A stretch of DNA of 64,000 nucleotides from an uncultured cyanobacterium (GTDB lineage: Bacteria > Cyanobacteriota > Cyanobacteriia > Pseudanabaenales > Pseudanabaenaceae), in assembly GCA_963703315.1 (NCBI GenBank), contig OY969811.1, positions 992,001 through 1,056,000 of the forward strand, in the 5' to 3' direction. Each line of letters begins with the position of its first letter. Position 1 is the first letter of the stretch. The notes under the pieces are model-generated. The model had not been told where the DNA came from. It made no database searches and was given only the letters and a program-made list of their open reading frames with translations. The position numbers were made by a program, and so were the translations under genes. Positions 31,319-41,669 of this stretch are shown one piece after another.

Positions 31319-31381
31319 AGAGTTTCATCAATTTTTGAGCTATGTGTATTTTACATTTAGCGCGATCGCGATTAGTTATAA

Positions 31382-31525
31382 TCATCCCAATGCCAGATGT
31401 TTTTGCGTAAGTCCTGAATTTAATAACGGTAGCGTAAACGAAAAAGTACTACCTTTCCCAAGAGTACTCTCGACCCAAATTTTACCTTCATGTTGTTCAA
31501 CGATTTTACGACAGATGGTGAGCAA
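31382..31525 (-). pseudogene. Histidine kinase HATPase C-terminal remnant
   Basis: [32 protein letters not shown], preceded by an in-frame stop; carries one CAGGACTTACGCA MITE-type end (31404-31417). Confidence 0.75.
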
Positions 31526-31731
31526 TCAGAAATCCCCATAACTGGTTGGATGAACTGGCTTCATTTTGTTGATGGGAATTCAGATTTTGCAGAATTGGCA
31601 CAATCATTTTGGGCTGATTTTTTTGCGCGATTTGGAACTCTTACGTTTAGACATGAATTGATTCTACGCTTACATCGCTTTGCGCTCAAATCCAAAACCG
31701 AAAGGGTTGCTTTGCAACCCTTTCGGTTTTC

Positions 31732-32460
31732 TTATGCTATTGAGTCAAATAACATTGAAGTCATATAACGATCAGCCCATTCTTCACCAAAGGACTTTTC
31801 GAGAACTCGCCGAGTTTTATCGTTTTGTTGTTGCTTAGCGCAATAATATTGCTGACCTGCGATCGCATTGGCAACATCCGTTTCAGAAGTTAATGGCTCG
31901 ATGTTGTTAGCAATCTGACAATGAATAGTCAAAAAATCTTGAACTCTTTGCAAAAATGCTGCTTCTTCCTCGGCTCCTATAGGGCGAACAAATAAACAAA
32001 ACTCAGAAAAAATATCTGCCCATTCAGGTAGAGCGCGAGGATTTGTAAATTCTATATTTTTTAAGTTGGCTAAGCTCTGTTGGTAATTAGGAGGTAAAGA
32101 TTTTTCTCGATTACTAGGTGATAGATCGGCGATCGCAGCGCTAATTCCTCCACGTCCTCCTACAATATCTGCCCCAAAAATTGGTAAGGCATACTCAGGA
32201 TTGGGGAACATGACACAATGCAAAATATCTAAGCCATTACCCACCTGAGCTAGCTCTAGATGCAGCTTGCGAAATTGCTTGGTTTGATAACAACAATTTT
32301 CAATTACTAACTTCTCTCCCTCTAAATGCCCTTCAATGTAGCCTAAGCCTTCTGGGATAATATATGGCTCAAGACTTAGATGATTTTTCCAAATTTCTTC
32401 AATGGAGTTAGCTAGTTTCTGAATTAAATGATGTTGGCGAGTTCGCAATGATGATGACAT
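31732..32460 (-). CDS. pcyA: Phycocyanobilin:ferredoxin oxidoreductase
   Basis: [37 protein letters not shown]. Confidence 0.95.
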   Translation of the reverse strand: MSSSLRTRQHHLIQKLANSIEEIWKNHLSLEPYIIPEGLGYIEGHLEGEKLVIENCCYQTKQFRKLHLELAQVGNGLDILHCVMFPNPEYALPIFGADIVGGRGGISAAIADLSPSNREKSLPPNYQQSLANLKNIEFTNPRALPEWADIFSEFCLFVRPIGAEEEAAFLQRVQDFLTIHCQIANNIEPLTSETDVANAIAGQQYYCAKQQQNDKTRRVLEKSFGEEWADRYMTSMLFDSIA

Positions 32461-32572
32461 AAAACTTTTTATCTAAAATCAACTAAATAAACTAATAAAT
32501 TAAAGGGAGAAACAATATATTTGCTTTGTTAGTAAGTATTCCTAGTTTTGAATATCGTCTAAAAAAGCTTCA

Positions 32573-32924
32573 ATGCTTCAATTAGACAATCAAAATAAGG
32601 TACTAATGCAGTTTGCTGCTCTAGCTGTAGTCGCTTGAGACTGTCGATTTTGATGCTTGTTAAACCAAGAATCATAGCATCAAGAGGTACTTGTAGCTCT
32701 TGGTAAAGTTGCTGCATCAGCGATTCTAATCATTGCATCTTTAGTTTTTCATGCCTAGACCCTTAGCTGAGATTCATGAAATGTAATGGTAAATGGCACT
32801 GGTCAGTTAATTATGGTTCTCGCCAACGCGAGTATAGACTTCATCTCGATGGTCATATCTGAACCTGCGGGGGCAGTGAGATTCCATTGCTGAGTCTTTG
32901 CATAAATTGACCAATGCCCTATTT
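32573..32924 (+). ncRNA. Candidate structured RNA in the pcyA-chlI intergenic region (family not recognised)
   Basis: Three consecutive folded domains with nested stems; G-U pairs favour the + strand. See findings. Confidence 0.35.
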
Positions 32925-33055
32925 GAAAAAATTAGGCAAAAAACGGCTTGATATAGCACATCTCTATATTGTTAATCTGTCACTATTCTTTTGAGGTATG
33001 AAAAGCTGTATATTGGCTAAAGTGACACATTTATAGATAAAAAACTTAAAAAGCC

Positions 33056-34123
33056 TTGATAGCAACTCCCGTTAAACCAACGACAAGACGACCTGTATTT
33101 CCTTTCACCGCCGTGATCGGACAGGAAGAGATGAAGCTCGCCCTGTTGCTCAACGTCATCGATCCGAAAATCGGTGGAGTAATGGTCATGGGCGATCGCG
33201 GTACAGGCAAATCCACCACTGTTCGCGCCCTAGCCGACCTCCTACCCGAAATTGAAGTTGTCGCTGATGATCCCTTTAGCAGCCATCCCACTGACGGAGA
33301 CCTGCAAAGTGAAGAAGTTCGCCAACGCATTGCCAATGGCGAAAAGCTACCAGTTACCACCAAACAAGTAATCATGGTGGACTTGCCCCTCGGTGCAACC
33401 GAAGACCGTGTGTGCGGCACAATTGACATCGAAAAAGCACTATCCGAAGGGGTGAAAGCTTTTGAAGTCGGACTACTTGCCAAGGCAAATCGAGGCATTC
33501 TCTACATTGATGAAGTCAATCTCCTTGACGACCATCTCGTCGATGTGTTGTTAGACTCCGCCGCATCTGGTTGGAATACCGTTGAACGTGAAGGGATTTC
33601 CATCCGTCACCCTGCTCGCTTCGTCCTAGTTGGTTCAGGCAACCCTGAAGAAGGCGAGTTACGTCCACAATTGCTCGATCGCTTCGGTATGTATGCCGAA
33701 ATTAAGACTGCGCGAGATCCTGAATTGCGTTTACAAATAGTCGAAAATCGCACCACCTTTGATAACAATCCCCACGGGTTTCTATCTGAAAAGTCTGAGC
33801 AACAATCCGAAAAGCAAAATCAAATCGTGAGAGCGCAGACTATTCTCAATGATGTCAATATCGATCGCGATCTACGTCTCAAAATCTCCACAGTTTGCGC
33901 TGACTTGAATATTGATGGTTTGCGTGGTGATATTGTGACCACCCGTGCAGCTAAGGCTTATGCAGCTTCGGAAGGTCGGAAAGAAGTCGAAGTAGATGAT
34001 ATCAAAGCCGTAATTGGTCTCTGCCTACGTCACCGTCTTCGCAAAGATCCTCTTGAATCCATTGATTCTGGCTACAAAGTTCTCAAAACCTTCAATCAAG
34101 TATTTGGTATTGAGGAAGAATAG
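33056..34123 (+). CDS. chlI: Magnesium chelatase subunit I
   Basis: VFPFTAVIGQEEMK, GDRGTGKST, LYIDEVNLLDDHLVD, DGLRGDIV. Confidence 0.97.
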   Translation: MIATPVKPTTRRPVFPFTAVIGQEEMKLALLLNVIDPKIGGVMVMGDRGTGKSTTVRALADLLPEIEVVADDPFSSHPTDGDLQSEEVRQRIANGEKLPVTTKQVIMVDLPLGATEDRVCGTIDIEKALSEGVKAFEVGLLAKANRGILYIDEVNLLDDHLVDVLLDSAASGWNTVEREGISIRHPARFVLVGSGNPEEGELRPQLLDRFGMYAEIKTARDPELRLQIVENRTTFDNNPHGFLSEKSEQQSEKQNQIVRAQTILNDVNIDRDLRLKISTVCADLNIDGLRGDIVTTRAAKAYAASEGRKEVEVDDIKAVIGLCLRHRLRKDPLESIDSGYKVLKTFNQVFGIEEE

Positions 34124-34245
34124 AAGTTATTGGGGGGCAATTTATGAATTGTCCCTACTTCTTAAAACGCCTGAAGCAAGTTGTGGCAAGAATCGCCATA
34201 ACTTGCTTCTGTTTTTTGTCATCACAAGACTAGCGACAGCTATAT

Positions 34246-34530
34246 ATGGAAGAATATAGATGGAATGATGAGAAAAATAGGTATTTACGGCAAACAAGAA
34301 ATATTTCTTTTGAGGATATAGTCGAAGCCATTGAAAATGGTCAGATACTTGGAATAGTTGGAACATCAAGTCTAGAAAAGTATCCAAATCAGTCTGTTAT
34401 AATTGTTAGAATTAAAGACTACGTTTATTGTGTTCCTTTTATCAAAGATGGCTCTGTAACTTTTTTAAAGACTATTTTTCCTAGTCGAAAAATGAAAAAA
34501 AGATTTCTAGGAGATCAAGAGGATGAATAA
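34246..34530 (+). CDS. BrnT-like toxin
   Basis: YRWNDEKN...RNISFEDIV...YVYCVPF...FLKTIFPSRK. Confidence 0.75.
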   Translation: MEEYRWNDEKNRYLRQTRNISFEDIVEAIENGQILGIVGTSSLEKYPNQSVIIVRIKDYVYCVPFIKDGSVTFLKTIFPSRKMKKRFLGDQEDE

Positions 34531-34840
34531 CTTGAACTTTGACAATATGAATATTGATGAACTTACTATCTCTCTCCAGTTAGATCAAGAAGAACGGGAT
34601 TTACTAGAAAGTATAGAAAATAATGAATGGGTCAGTATTCTTGATGAAAAAGAAGAAATAAAACGTTTACAGGAAATGGCTATAAGTCAGATGGCTAGAC
34701 AAAAGATCGAAGTTCAGATGTCAATACAGGATACTGATAAGATCAATGGTTTGGCTAATCAACTTGGTAAATCTGTATCTAGTTTTGCTCAAGATATTCT
34801 TCATAAATATTTGAAAGGTGAACTAGTCGAGAAAACGTAG
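34523..34840 (+). CDS. Putative antitoxin with C-terminal ribbon-helix-helix-like region
   Basis: Overlaps the toxin gene; LDQEERDLLESIEN.EW...ILHKYLKG. Confidence 0.7.
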   Translation: MNNLNFDNMNIDELTISLQLDQEERDLLESIENNEWVSILDEKEEIKRLQEMAISQMARQKIEVQMSIQDTDKINGLANQLGKSVSSFAQDILHKYLKGELVEKT

Positions 34841-34842
34841 TT

Positions 34843-34957
34843 TATAGCAAAGCAAGAGTTGGTTAGTCCAAACTAAAACCCAAGAAGCGAGTTGCGGCGC
34901 GGAGCGCCGCAACTCGCCTTCTGGTTTTGTGTCCTAAGCAAAACTTTTTTTGCTATA
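34843..34957. repeat. MITE/REP-like element (TATAGCAAA...TTTGCTATA ends)
   Basis: Core GCGAGTTGCGGCGC-GGA-GCGCCGCAACTCGC; related partial copy at about 46208-46288. Confidence 0.7.
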
Positions 34958-34980
34958 CAAAATACTTGTGTTTAGTCTTG

Positions 34981-35991
34981 TCAAGAAAAATGCTGAAAAG
35001 CCGATCGCATTTCTAATCCATCAATTTGATCGCCTTCGATAATTTCACCAATAATTGCGGCATTAGGCAATTGATGAACAAAGGCTTCTGCTAATTTCAA
35101 GGGCATACATAAAACCAATTCAAAGTCTTCACCACCATATAAGACCCAATCTAAGGCGCGATCGCCTGCTAAAGTTCTGACGGCTTGATGAATTGGTAGC
35201 GATCGCCAAAATATTTTGGCTCCAACTTTACTGGCTCGACAAATTTGGATGATCGCATCGGCGAGTCCATCACTACTATCCATTCCTGCGATGGGAAAAG
35301 CACCTAGGTGATTATGTTGTTTGAGAAGTTGATGCAAAAGGGCGATCGCATCAAAACGGGGAATTGGTCGCTGATGACAACGACAAATTGCTTTTACTAA
35401 TTCTTCACCAGCGACAATACGGTTACCAATTCTTAATGGAGCTAATAGCTTCTCTTTTAAGTTTTGATTAAATAGAATTTCTAAACCTGCTCTGGAAAGT
35501 CCATGTTTTCCTGTTATCACAATCACATCACCAACTCGCGCCGTATGTCTTTGCATGACTTGATTTTGATGAACTTGTCCAAATGCTGTCACCGAGAAAG
35601 TGCGAATTGGCGATCGCACCGTATCACCACCAACTAATTCTGTACCGTAGGTTTGTAAACATTCACTAAAGCCCCGATATACACCTTCAATCCAGCTAAT
35701 TTCTGTATCAGGTGGCAATCCTACCGACATGACTAAACCCCAAGGCTTTGCCCCCATTGCTGCCAAATCTGATAAGTTTACAGCCGCTGCTCGCCAACCG
35801 ACATCTTCAGGACTAGTAGTGCGATCGCTAAAATGCACACCATCGATCAACATATCGGTAGTCACGACTATCTGATGCTCGGACAAAGTTGCCCCCATCA
35901 CCGCCGCATCATCACCGACCACCTCACTACAATATTGCCGAAATATTTTCAGCAATCCTTGCTCACCTAAATTTTTGATCGTTTTTGTCAT
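34981..35991 (-). CDS. thiL: Thiamine-monophosphate kinase
   Basis: GDDAA, VNLSDLAAMG, GGDT, DSSDGL, GGEDFEL. Confidence 0.95.
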   Translation of the reverse strand: MTKTIKNLGEQGLLKIFRQYCSEVVGDDAAVMGATLSEHQIVVTTDMLIDGVHFSDRTTSPEDVGWRAAAVNLSDLAAMGAKPWGLVMSVGLPPDTEISWIEGVYRGFSECLQTYGTELVGGDTVRSPIRTFSVTAFGQVHQNQVMQRHTARVGDVIVITGKHGLSRAGLEILFNQNLKEKLLAPLRIGNRIVAGEELVKAICRCHQRPIPRFDAIALLHQLLKQHNHLGAFPIAGMDSSDGLADAIIQICRASKVGAKIFWRSLPIHQAVRTLAGDRALDWVLYGGEDFELVLCMPLKLAEAFVHQLPNAAIIGEIIEGDQIDGLEMRSAFQHFS

Positions 35992-36030
35992 CTGTAGAGA
36001 CTGATAGCACTGAGTATCCTCTTAAGAAAA

Positions 36031-36237
36031 TTAAGAAGACTGCTCCAGTTTTTGTTTAATTAAACTTTCAATTTCTGGAAGATCAGCTATTGACTGAGGC
36101 ATAGCAAAGGTTGCTGGTGATGCACTCACTGTAAAGCGATCAACAAATATCCGAAATGCGTCTTTGTCACTGGGATGAGCAATGACATAAGCGCGTAACT
36201 CTTTCTTAGTCATTGTGTTGAAATCGAGCTTAATCAC
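36031..36237 (-). CDS. Small protein, DUF6887-like
   Basis: FNTMTKKELRAYVIAHP.D.DAF; GTG start at 36237 forms a GTGA overlap with the upstream gene. Confidence 0.65.
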   Translation of the reverse strand: MIKLDFNTMTKKELRAYVIAHPSDKDAFRIFVDRFTVSASPATFAMPQSIADLPEIESLIKQKLEQSS

Positions 36238-36407
36238 AAAAACCTCCAAAGACCATTCCGATAAATTTCTATTTCTATATTATCGCCAGCCAGTATGAAT
36301 ATATTGCCTGTCCGTTCATCTAGACGTAATAGGAAAATGGGAGTAAAAGTGTTTGTCAAAGATTGGCATAATATGACACATATAATGCTTTGTTCGGAAG
36401 TGGGCAA
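36234..36407 (-). CDS. Small protein, DUF6888-like (57 aa, missed by the ORF track)
   Basis: TTG start; MPTSEQSIICVILCQSLTNTFTPIFLLRLDERTGNIFILAGDNIEIEIYRNGLWRFL. Confidence 0.65.
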   Translation of the reverse strand: MPTSEQSIICVILCQSLTNTFTPIFLLRLDERTGNIFILAGDNIEIEIYRNGLWRFL

Positions 36408-36480
36408 AATTGATAAACCTCATGAGATTTAAATGTAGAAAGTGACCTAAGCTCACTTTCTACATTTGGTAATTAATACT

Positions 36481-37539
36481 TTAAGGATAGAAAGTGAGCT
36501 TAGGTAAAGCTAATGACTCTTCCCAACCCATCATGATGTTCATACATTGCACCGCTTGGGCGGCTTGACCTTTCATCAGGTTATCGATCGCTGAAACTAC
36601 GATTACACGTCCTGTCCGCTCATCAACCTCCACACCCAGATAACAGAGATTTGTGCCTAGCGCCCATTTCGTCTGCGGGAAGATATTTTTTGGTAAAACC
36701 TGCACCCATTCGGAATTGCGATAAAAAGATTTGTAAATAGTTAACACATCTTCCTTAACCAGTCCGGGGTCACGCAATTTGGCATATACCGTTGAAAGAA
36801 TGCCACGAATCATCGGGATCAGATGTGGTGTGAATTGCACTAATACCTCTTGTCCAGCCAGATCACTGCAAATTTGTTCAATCTCAGGGGTATGTCGATG
36901 ACTAGCAATACCATAAGCTGCGAGAGAGCCATCAGCTTCGGCGAGTAATAGGTTAGTTTTGGGTTGACGACCACCACCCGATGTACCTGATTTTGCATCA
37001 ATGATAATCGTACTAGGCTCAACTAAGCCCTGTTTGAGCAATGGCTGTAACGCTAGCAAACTTGCCGTAGGATAGCAACCTGCACAACCTACAAGATCAG
37101 CAGTGGCAATGCGATCGCGATAAATTTCTGGTAAGCCATATACAGCTTTGGCATTAACCTCAGCATCAGTACGCGCCTCCTTATACCAAGATTCATAAAC
37201 TTGCAGATCGGTGAATCGATAATCGGCGGAAAGATCAAGCACTTTACATCCCTTAGCGAGTAACCGTGGTGCAATTTTGCTAGCAAGACCATTAGGCAGG
37301 GATAAAAAGACGATTTTGGCGCGATCGGCGATCGCTTCAGGCTCCAGATTTTCGATTGGTAAATTCACTGCATGGGCGATATGCGGATAGAGATCAGCAA
37401 AATTTTGCCCGACAGAACCACTCCCACCCATATAGGTAATATCCACCAATGGATGCTCTAGTAGCAATCGCACCAACTGGATACCACCATAACCCGATGC
37501 ACCAATAATACCTACGGGGACGCGATTCTGTGCGCTCAT
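36481..37539 (-). CDS. argC: N-acetyl-gamma-glutamyl-phosphate reductase
   Basis: [37 protein letters not shown]. Confidence 0.96.
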   Translation of the reverse strand: MSAQNRVPVGIIGASGYGGIQLVRLLLEHPLVDITYMGGSGSVGQNFADLYPHIAHAVNLPIENLEPEAIADRAKIVFLSLPNGLASKIAPRLLAKGCKVLDLSADYRFTDLQVYESWYKEARTDAEVNAKAVYGLPEIYRDRIATADLVGCAGCYPTASLLALQPLLKQGLVEPSTIIIDAKSGTSGGGRQPKTNLLLAEADGSLAAYGIASHRHTPEIEQICSDLAGQEVLVQFTPHLIPMIRGILSTVYAKLRDPGLVKEDVLTIYKSFYRNSEWVQVLPKNIFPQTKWALGTNLCYLGVEVDERTGRVIVVSAIDNLMKGQAAQAVQCMNIMMGWEESLALPKLTFYP

Positions 37540-37665
37540 AAACTTACTCCACCAAAATATTGAAAATACTCATGGAAAATGCTTTCCGAGTTTGCGAAAA
37601 CAACTTAGCATAAGCTAGGTGTCTAAACTCAATTCGTGCCTTAAAGCACTATGTTTTTATAGCAA

Positions 37666-37771
37666 TATAGCTGTCGCCATTTGTATTAAAACAAATCAAA
37701 ACCCAAGAAGTGAGTTGCGCCGCGAAGCGGCGCAACTCACTTCTTGGGTTCTGACTGGTGACAGCGATCGC
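37666..37771. repeat. MITE-like element (TATAGCTGTCGCCA family)
   Basis: Core AACCCAAGAAGTGAGTTGCGCCGC-GAA-GCGGCGCAACTCACTTCTTGGGTT; the right end runs into a HIP1 site. Confidence 0.7.
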
Positions 37772-38408
37772 AAAAAATTTGTGGCAGAGAACTAGAATCA
37801 ATTTTTGTGGCGCGACAAAGCTGCACCACAAAAAATTAGTTTTTTCAAGATATTATTCTCAAACCAAAAAATAATGATGTAATAAGTCTCCCTATATCTA
37901 TTTTGAGTTTAAGAAATCACCTATGTGGGTGAAGAAGTATATCTTTAATTAGTGTGACATTTAGATAAAATGAACATTCAAAAATAATGTCTTACCATGC
38001 ATATCCTCACGATATACAGTATTTTTGTAATTAAAAAATTAGCCTGCCATCAATTTGCAGACTTCGTGGAATAACTAAATAACTTTGAGCGAAAGCCAAC
38101 CTAAAACAACTGACTAACTTTAATTTCAGTAGAATCCTTATAGATAAGTCAGATATTAGAATCATTCCTTTCATATTTCCATGTATTTACTATATGACTA
38201 TCAATCTATATCGATAGACTTTTGCAAATTGCGATGAAGTTTTTAAAGATATTTTTTTAATTTTGTTGAATATTTTGTTCAATATGTTTAAAAATGTACG
38301 AGAATAAGAAAGTAATTCTATGCGAGTTAAAATCCATAGTTTTGCAGATCTTCTTCTGCTTTTGCAGAGAAGTCTTAGTTTTGAAATATTGAAATTCCTG
38401 ATAATCCT

Positions 38409-38801
38409 ATGACAGACACTGTAACTTCTCCTTTAACAGGAAAGGCGCTTCTTCAAAAAGCGAAAGAGCTAAATAACTTGCCTAAGCGTGAGCAAGCTAA
38501 AAAATGTGGGTATTTCACTCGCGGTAAAGATGGGGTAGACCGCGTTAATTTGACTGAATTTTATGAAGCAGTACTTGCGGCTAGAGGATTTGCGATTAAC
38601 CCTGAACAGAATAAAGATGGGCGCGGTCGTGAACCTACGTTTCGGGTTAGCGTTCATAAAAATGGACAAATTGTCATTGGTTCTACCTATACAAAATCAA
38701 TGGGTTTAAATGAAGGTGATGAGTTTGAAATCAAGCTAGGATACAAGCATATTCACCTGATTCAGTTGAATAATGATCAGGCATCGGAAAGCGAAGAGTA
38801 A
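38409..38801 (+). CDS. Cyanobacterial AbrB-like transcriptional regulator (cyAbrB)
   Basis: LTGKALL, AKKCGY, RGREPTFRVSVHKNGQIVIGSTYT, FEIKLGYKHIHL. Confidence 0.92.
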   Translation: MTDTVTSPLTGKALLQKAKELNNLPKREQAKKCGYFTRGKDGVDRVNLTEFYEAVLAARGFAINPEQNKDGRGREPTFRVSVHKNGQIVIGSTYTKSMGLNEGDEFEIKLGYKHIHLIQLNNDQASESEE

Positions 38802-39018
38802 GTAAATATCTAGATTAAATCTCTATTGGATAAGGTCGAAGGTAATATCCTATAGAGTAAAATTTTCGATCTTAAAATCTTAAATTTTCATTATTCAGAG
38901 ATGATTTAATCAGAAATTTTTAGCGAGAAAACTTATACTGATCGTTGGGGGGATAGTTTAGTTTTCTCGCTGTTTTTATTTTGATGTTTTGATGTGTTTG
39001 GATTTCTAGGTTTTTTCT

Positions 39019-39813
39019 ATGCAACTAGTCGATACCCATGTGCATATTAATTTTAAGGACTTTCAGTCTGATCTTGAAGCAGTGCGCGATCGCTGGTTAC
39101 ATAATGGTGTGACTAGACTTGTCCATTCCTGTGTCAGTCCTGATGAGTTTGAGCAAATTCAGGCGATCGCTGATCGATTTCCTGAAGTAAGTTTTGCGGT
39201 TGGTTTGCATCCCTTAGATAAGAATTTGAATACGGCGGGTTGGCATCCTGAAATTGGCGATCGCATCAAGTCTTTGGCGATTAGTGATCAGAGGGTGGTA
39301 GCGATTGGGGAAACGGGTTTAGATTTTTTTAAATCAGATAGTAAAACCGCTCAAATCGAGGCTTTTAAGTCGCAATTAAGAACGGCGCGATCGCTAAACT
39401 TGCCCGTGATTATCCACTCCCGTGAAGCTGCTGTGGCAACTCGTGAAGTTTTGCAAGAAATTAATGCGGAATCACCTGAGCAGTCTATTCGGGGCGTGAT
39501 GCATTGTTGGGCGGGAAATCCTGAAGAAACACAATGGTTTGTGGATTTAGGAATGTATATCAGTTTTAGTGGCGTGGTCACTTTTAAGAATGCCCATGAT
39601 TTGCATGAATCAGCAAAAATTGTACCAAGCGATCGCCTTTTAGTCGAAACAGATTGTCCATTTCTCGCGCCTATCCCCAAGCGCGGCAAGCGTAACGAGC
39701 CAGCTTATGTGCTGCACGTAGCCGAGAGCGTGGCAAAGTTGCGGAATGTGGAGCTAGAAACTTTGGCAACCCAAACAACTAATAATGCTTTTACGTTGTT
39801 TGCGCTTTCTTAA
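39019..39813 (+). CDS. tatD: TatD family hydrolase
   Basis: [33 protein letters not shown]. Confidence 0.93.
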   Translation: MQLVDTHVHINFKDFQSDLEAVRDRWLHNGVTRLVHSCVSPDEFEQIQAIADRFPEVSFAVGLHPLDKNLNTAGWHPEIGDRIKSLAISDQRVVAIGETGLDFFKSDSKTAQIEAFKSQLRTARSLNLPVIIHSREAAVATREVLQEINAESPEQSIRGVMHCWAGNPEETQWFVDLGMYISFSGVVTFKNAHDLHESAKIVPSDRLLVETDCPFLAPIPKRGKRNEPAYVLHVAESVAKLRNVELETLATQTTNNAFTLFALS

Positions 39814-39891
39814 TTTTTGTTCACCCAAACCTAAAGAAGAAAGGAGCGCAAAGCGCTCCTTTCTTCTTTAGGTTTGTTATAAAATTAGCTT

Positions 39892-41028
39892 ATGCAAATA
39901 TACCTCGACCATAGTGCGACTACTCCAGTGCGTCCAGAAGTCATCGACTTGATGGCGGAAGTTATGCGATCGCAGTGGGGCAATCCCTCCAGTCTCCATT
40001 GGTGGGGCGAACGATCAACTATGGTGATTGAGCGATCGCGCTTACAAGTAGCAAGTCTGATTAATGCTGATCCTGAGGGAATTATCTTCACTTCAGGCGG
40101 CACAGAGTCCGACAATATGGTGCTGATGGGAATTGCGCGACAATACCGCACACCACAGCATATAGTCATTTCCTCAGTTGAGCATTCCGCCGTACGCTTG
40201 CCCGCCCAGTATTTAGAACAATATGGTTGGGAAATTACTCGTCTGCCCGTAGATCGACAAGGCAGGGTTTCTCCGCAAGATCTAGCGCGATCGCTCCGTC
40301 CCAATACTGTACTTGTATCGATCATCACGGCTCAAAATGAAGTGGGTACGATTCAGCCCGTTGAAAAACTAGGGCAAATTTGCCGTAATGCCGATGTCCT
40401 ATTTCACACTGATGCTGTACAAGCGATCGCCAAAATGCCCATTGATGTGCAAGCGATGCCGATTGACTTGCTCTCTCTGTCAGCCCATAAGTTTTATGGC
40501 ACACAGGGCATCGGAGCGCTGTACATCAATCCTGTAACTACCAAAAAGCGATCGCTGATCCCTTTTCTGCAAGGTGGTGGACAAGAGCGTGGTTATCGGT
40601 CAGGTACACAGGCAGTAGCCGCGATCGCAGGTTTAGGTCTAGCGGCAGAATTTGCCGAAAAAGAATTAGTTTCAGAATCTACACGACTCACTAAATTGCG
40701 CGATCGCTTATACACATTACTCGCCGATATTCCCGATCTCATACCCACAGGCATAATGGGCAACGCGAGATTACCTAACCATCTCAGCTTTTATCACAAA
40801 TCTATCGATGGTCGTCGCCTCGTGCGTGAAATGAATTACGCAGGGATCGCCATTAGTTCTGGTTCTGCTTGTAGTAGTGGTGCGATCGAGCCAAGTCAAA
40901 TTTTATTAGCAATGGGATATTCCCAAGCAGAAGCAAGAAATAGTATCCGCCTTACGCTTGGCAAATCTAACAATGAAGCCGATATTGAATGGACATCCTT
41001 AGCCATCCACCAAATTCTTGGTCGCTAG
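39892..41028 (+). CDS. Cysteine desulfurase (IscS/NifS-like)
   Basis: YLDHSATT, FTSGGTES, HTDAVQ, SAHKFYG, SSGSACS. Confidence 0.92.
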   Translation: MQIYLDHSATTPVRPEVIDLMAEVMRSQWGNPSSLHWWGERSTMVIERSRLQVASLINADPEGIIFTSGGTESDNMVLMGIARQYRTPQHIVISSVEHSAVRLPAQYLEQYGWEITRLPVDRQGRVSPQDLARSLRPNTVLVSIITAQNEVGTIQPVEKLGQICRNADVLFHTDAVQAIAKMPIDVQAMPIDLLSLSAHKFYGTQGIGALYINPVTTKKRSLIPFLQGGGQERGYRSGTQAVAAIAGLGLAAEFAEKELVSESTRLTKLRDRLYTLLADIPDLIPTGIMGNARLPNHLSFYHKSIDGRRLVREMNYAGIAISSGSACSSGAIEPSQILLAMGYSQAEARNSIRLTLGKSNNEADIEWTSLAIHQILGR

Positions 41029-41061
41029 CCATAAAAAAGTCGGCGCAACGCGCCGACTTTT

Positions 41062-41451
41062 TTATGGAACCACCAATACAGGACAAGGTGATAGATTAAT
41101 CACTTTTTGACTAACACTACTACCATCAGGATGCTCGTCAGTCAGGCTCATTCCCCGCGAACCCATCACAATTAAGTCTGCATTAATCTCATCAGCAAAG
41201 TCACAAATCACAAAGGCAGCTTTACCGTCAGTAACTTTGGTTTTTACAGAAATGCCCACCTCAGAGAAGTAGGACTCTATTTCCTTGATCAAATTTTGAG
41301 ATGACGCGCGATCGCTTTCGGAAGCATCAGCACTATTCACCGATAGCACATACAACTGCGCCTGATATTTTTGGATGAGATCGATCGCTACAGCTACAGC
41401 TTGGCGGGTTTCTTGGCTTCTGTTTAAAGGAAATAAAACAGTTTTAAACAT
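41062..41451 (-). CDS. Universal stress protein
   Basis: MFKTVLFP, IVMGSRG, SVSQKV, PCPVLVVP. Confidence 0.9.
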   Translation of the reverse strand: MFKTVLFPLNRSQETRQAVAVAIDLIQKYQAQLYVLSVNSADASESDRASSQNLIKEIESYFSEVGISVKTKVTDGKAAFVICDFADEINADLIVMGSRGMSLTDEHPDGSSVSQKVINLSPCPVLVVP

Positions 41452-41669
41452 AATTCCTACCTAACACTGCAATTCGGATATTAGATTTTGTATCTGAGAA
41501 AGGGTGATTTTCTGAGATACATTTTAATTTTAATAATCTAGAGGCGATAAAGATTGAAATTTCTTAATTTTTAACATGGCATCACACAGCAAAGCAACAG
41601 ACCTTACTACATCAGTGCTAACATTGCGAGATATATAAAGAAAAAAGTCAAAACGGAAGAAGATTATAG

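Noticed and set aside
31275..31768. Plus-strand ORFs 31275-31541 and 31490-31768
   Set aside because: The first is the antisense reading of the duplicated gene start and kinase remnant; the second has no recognisable motif and overlaps the pcyA end.
32766..32870. TPP riboswitch (GCTGAGA and TGAACCTG motifs)
   Set aside because: The motifs are about 90 nt apart, the downstream conserved elements are missing, and the adjacent genes are not thiamine-related.
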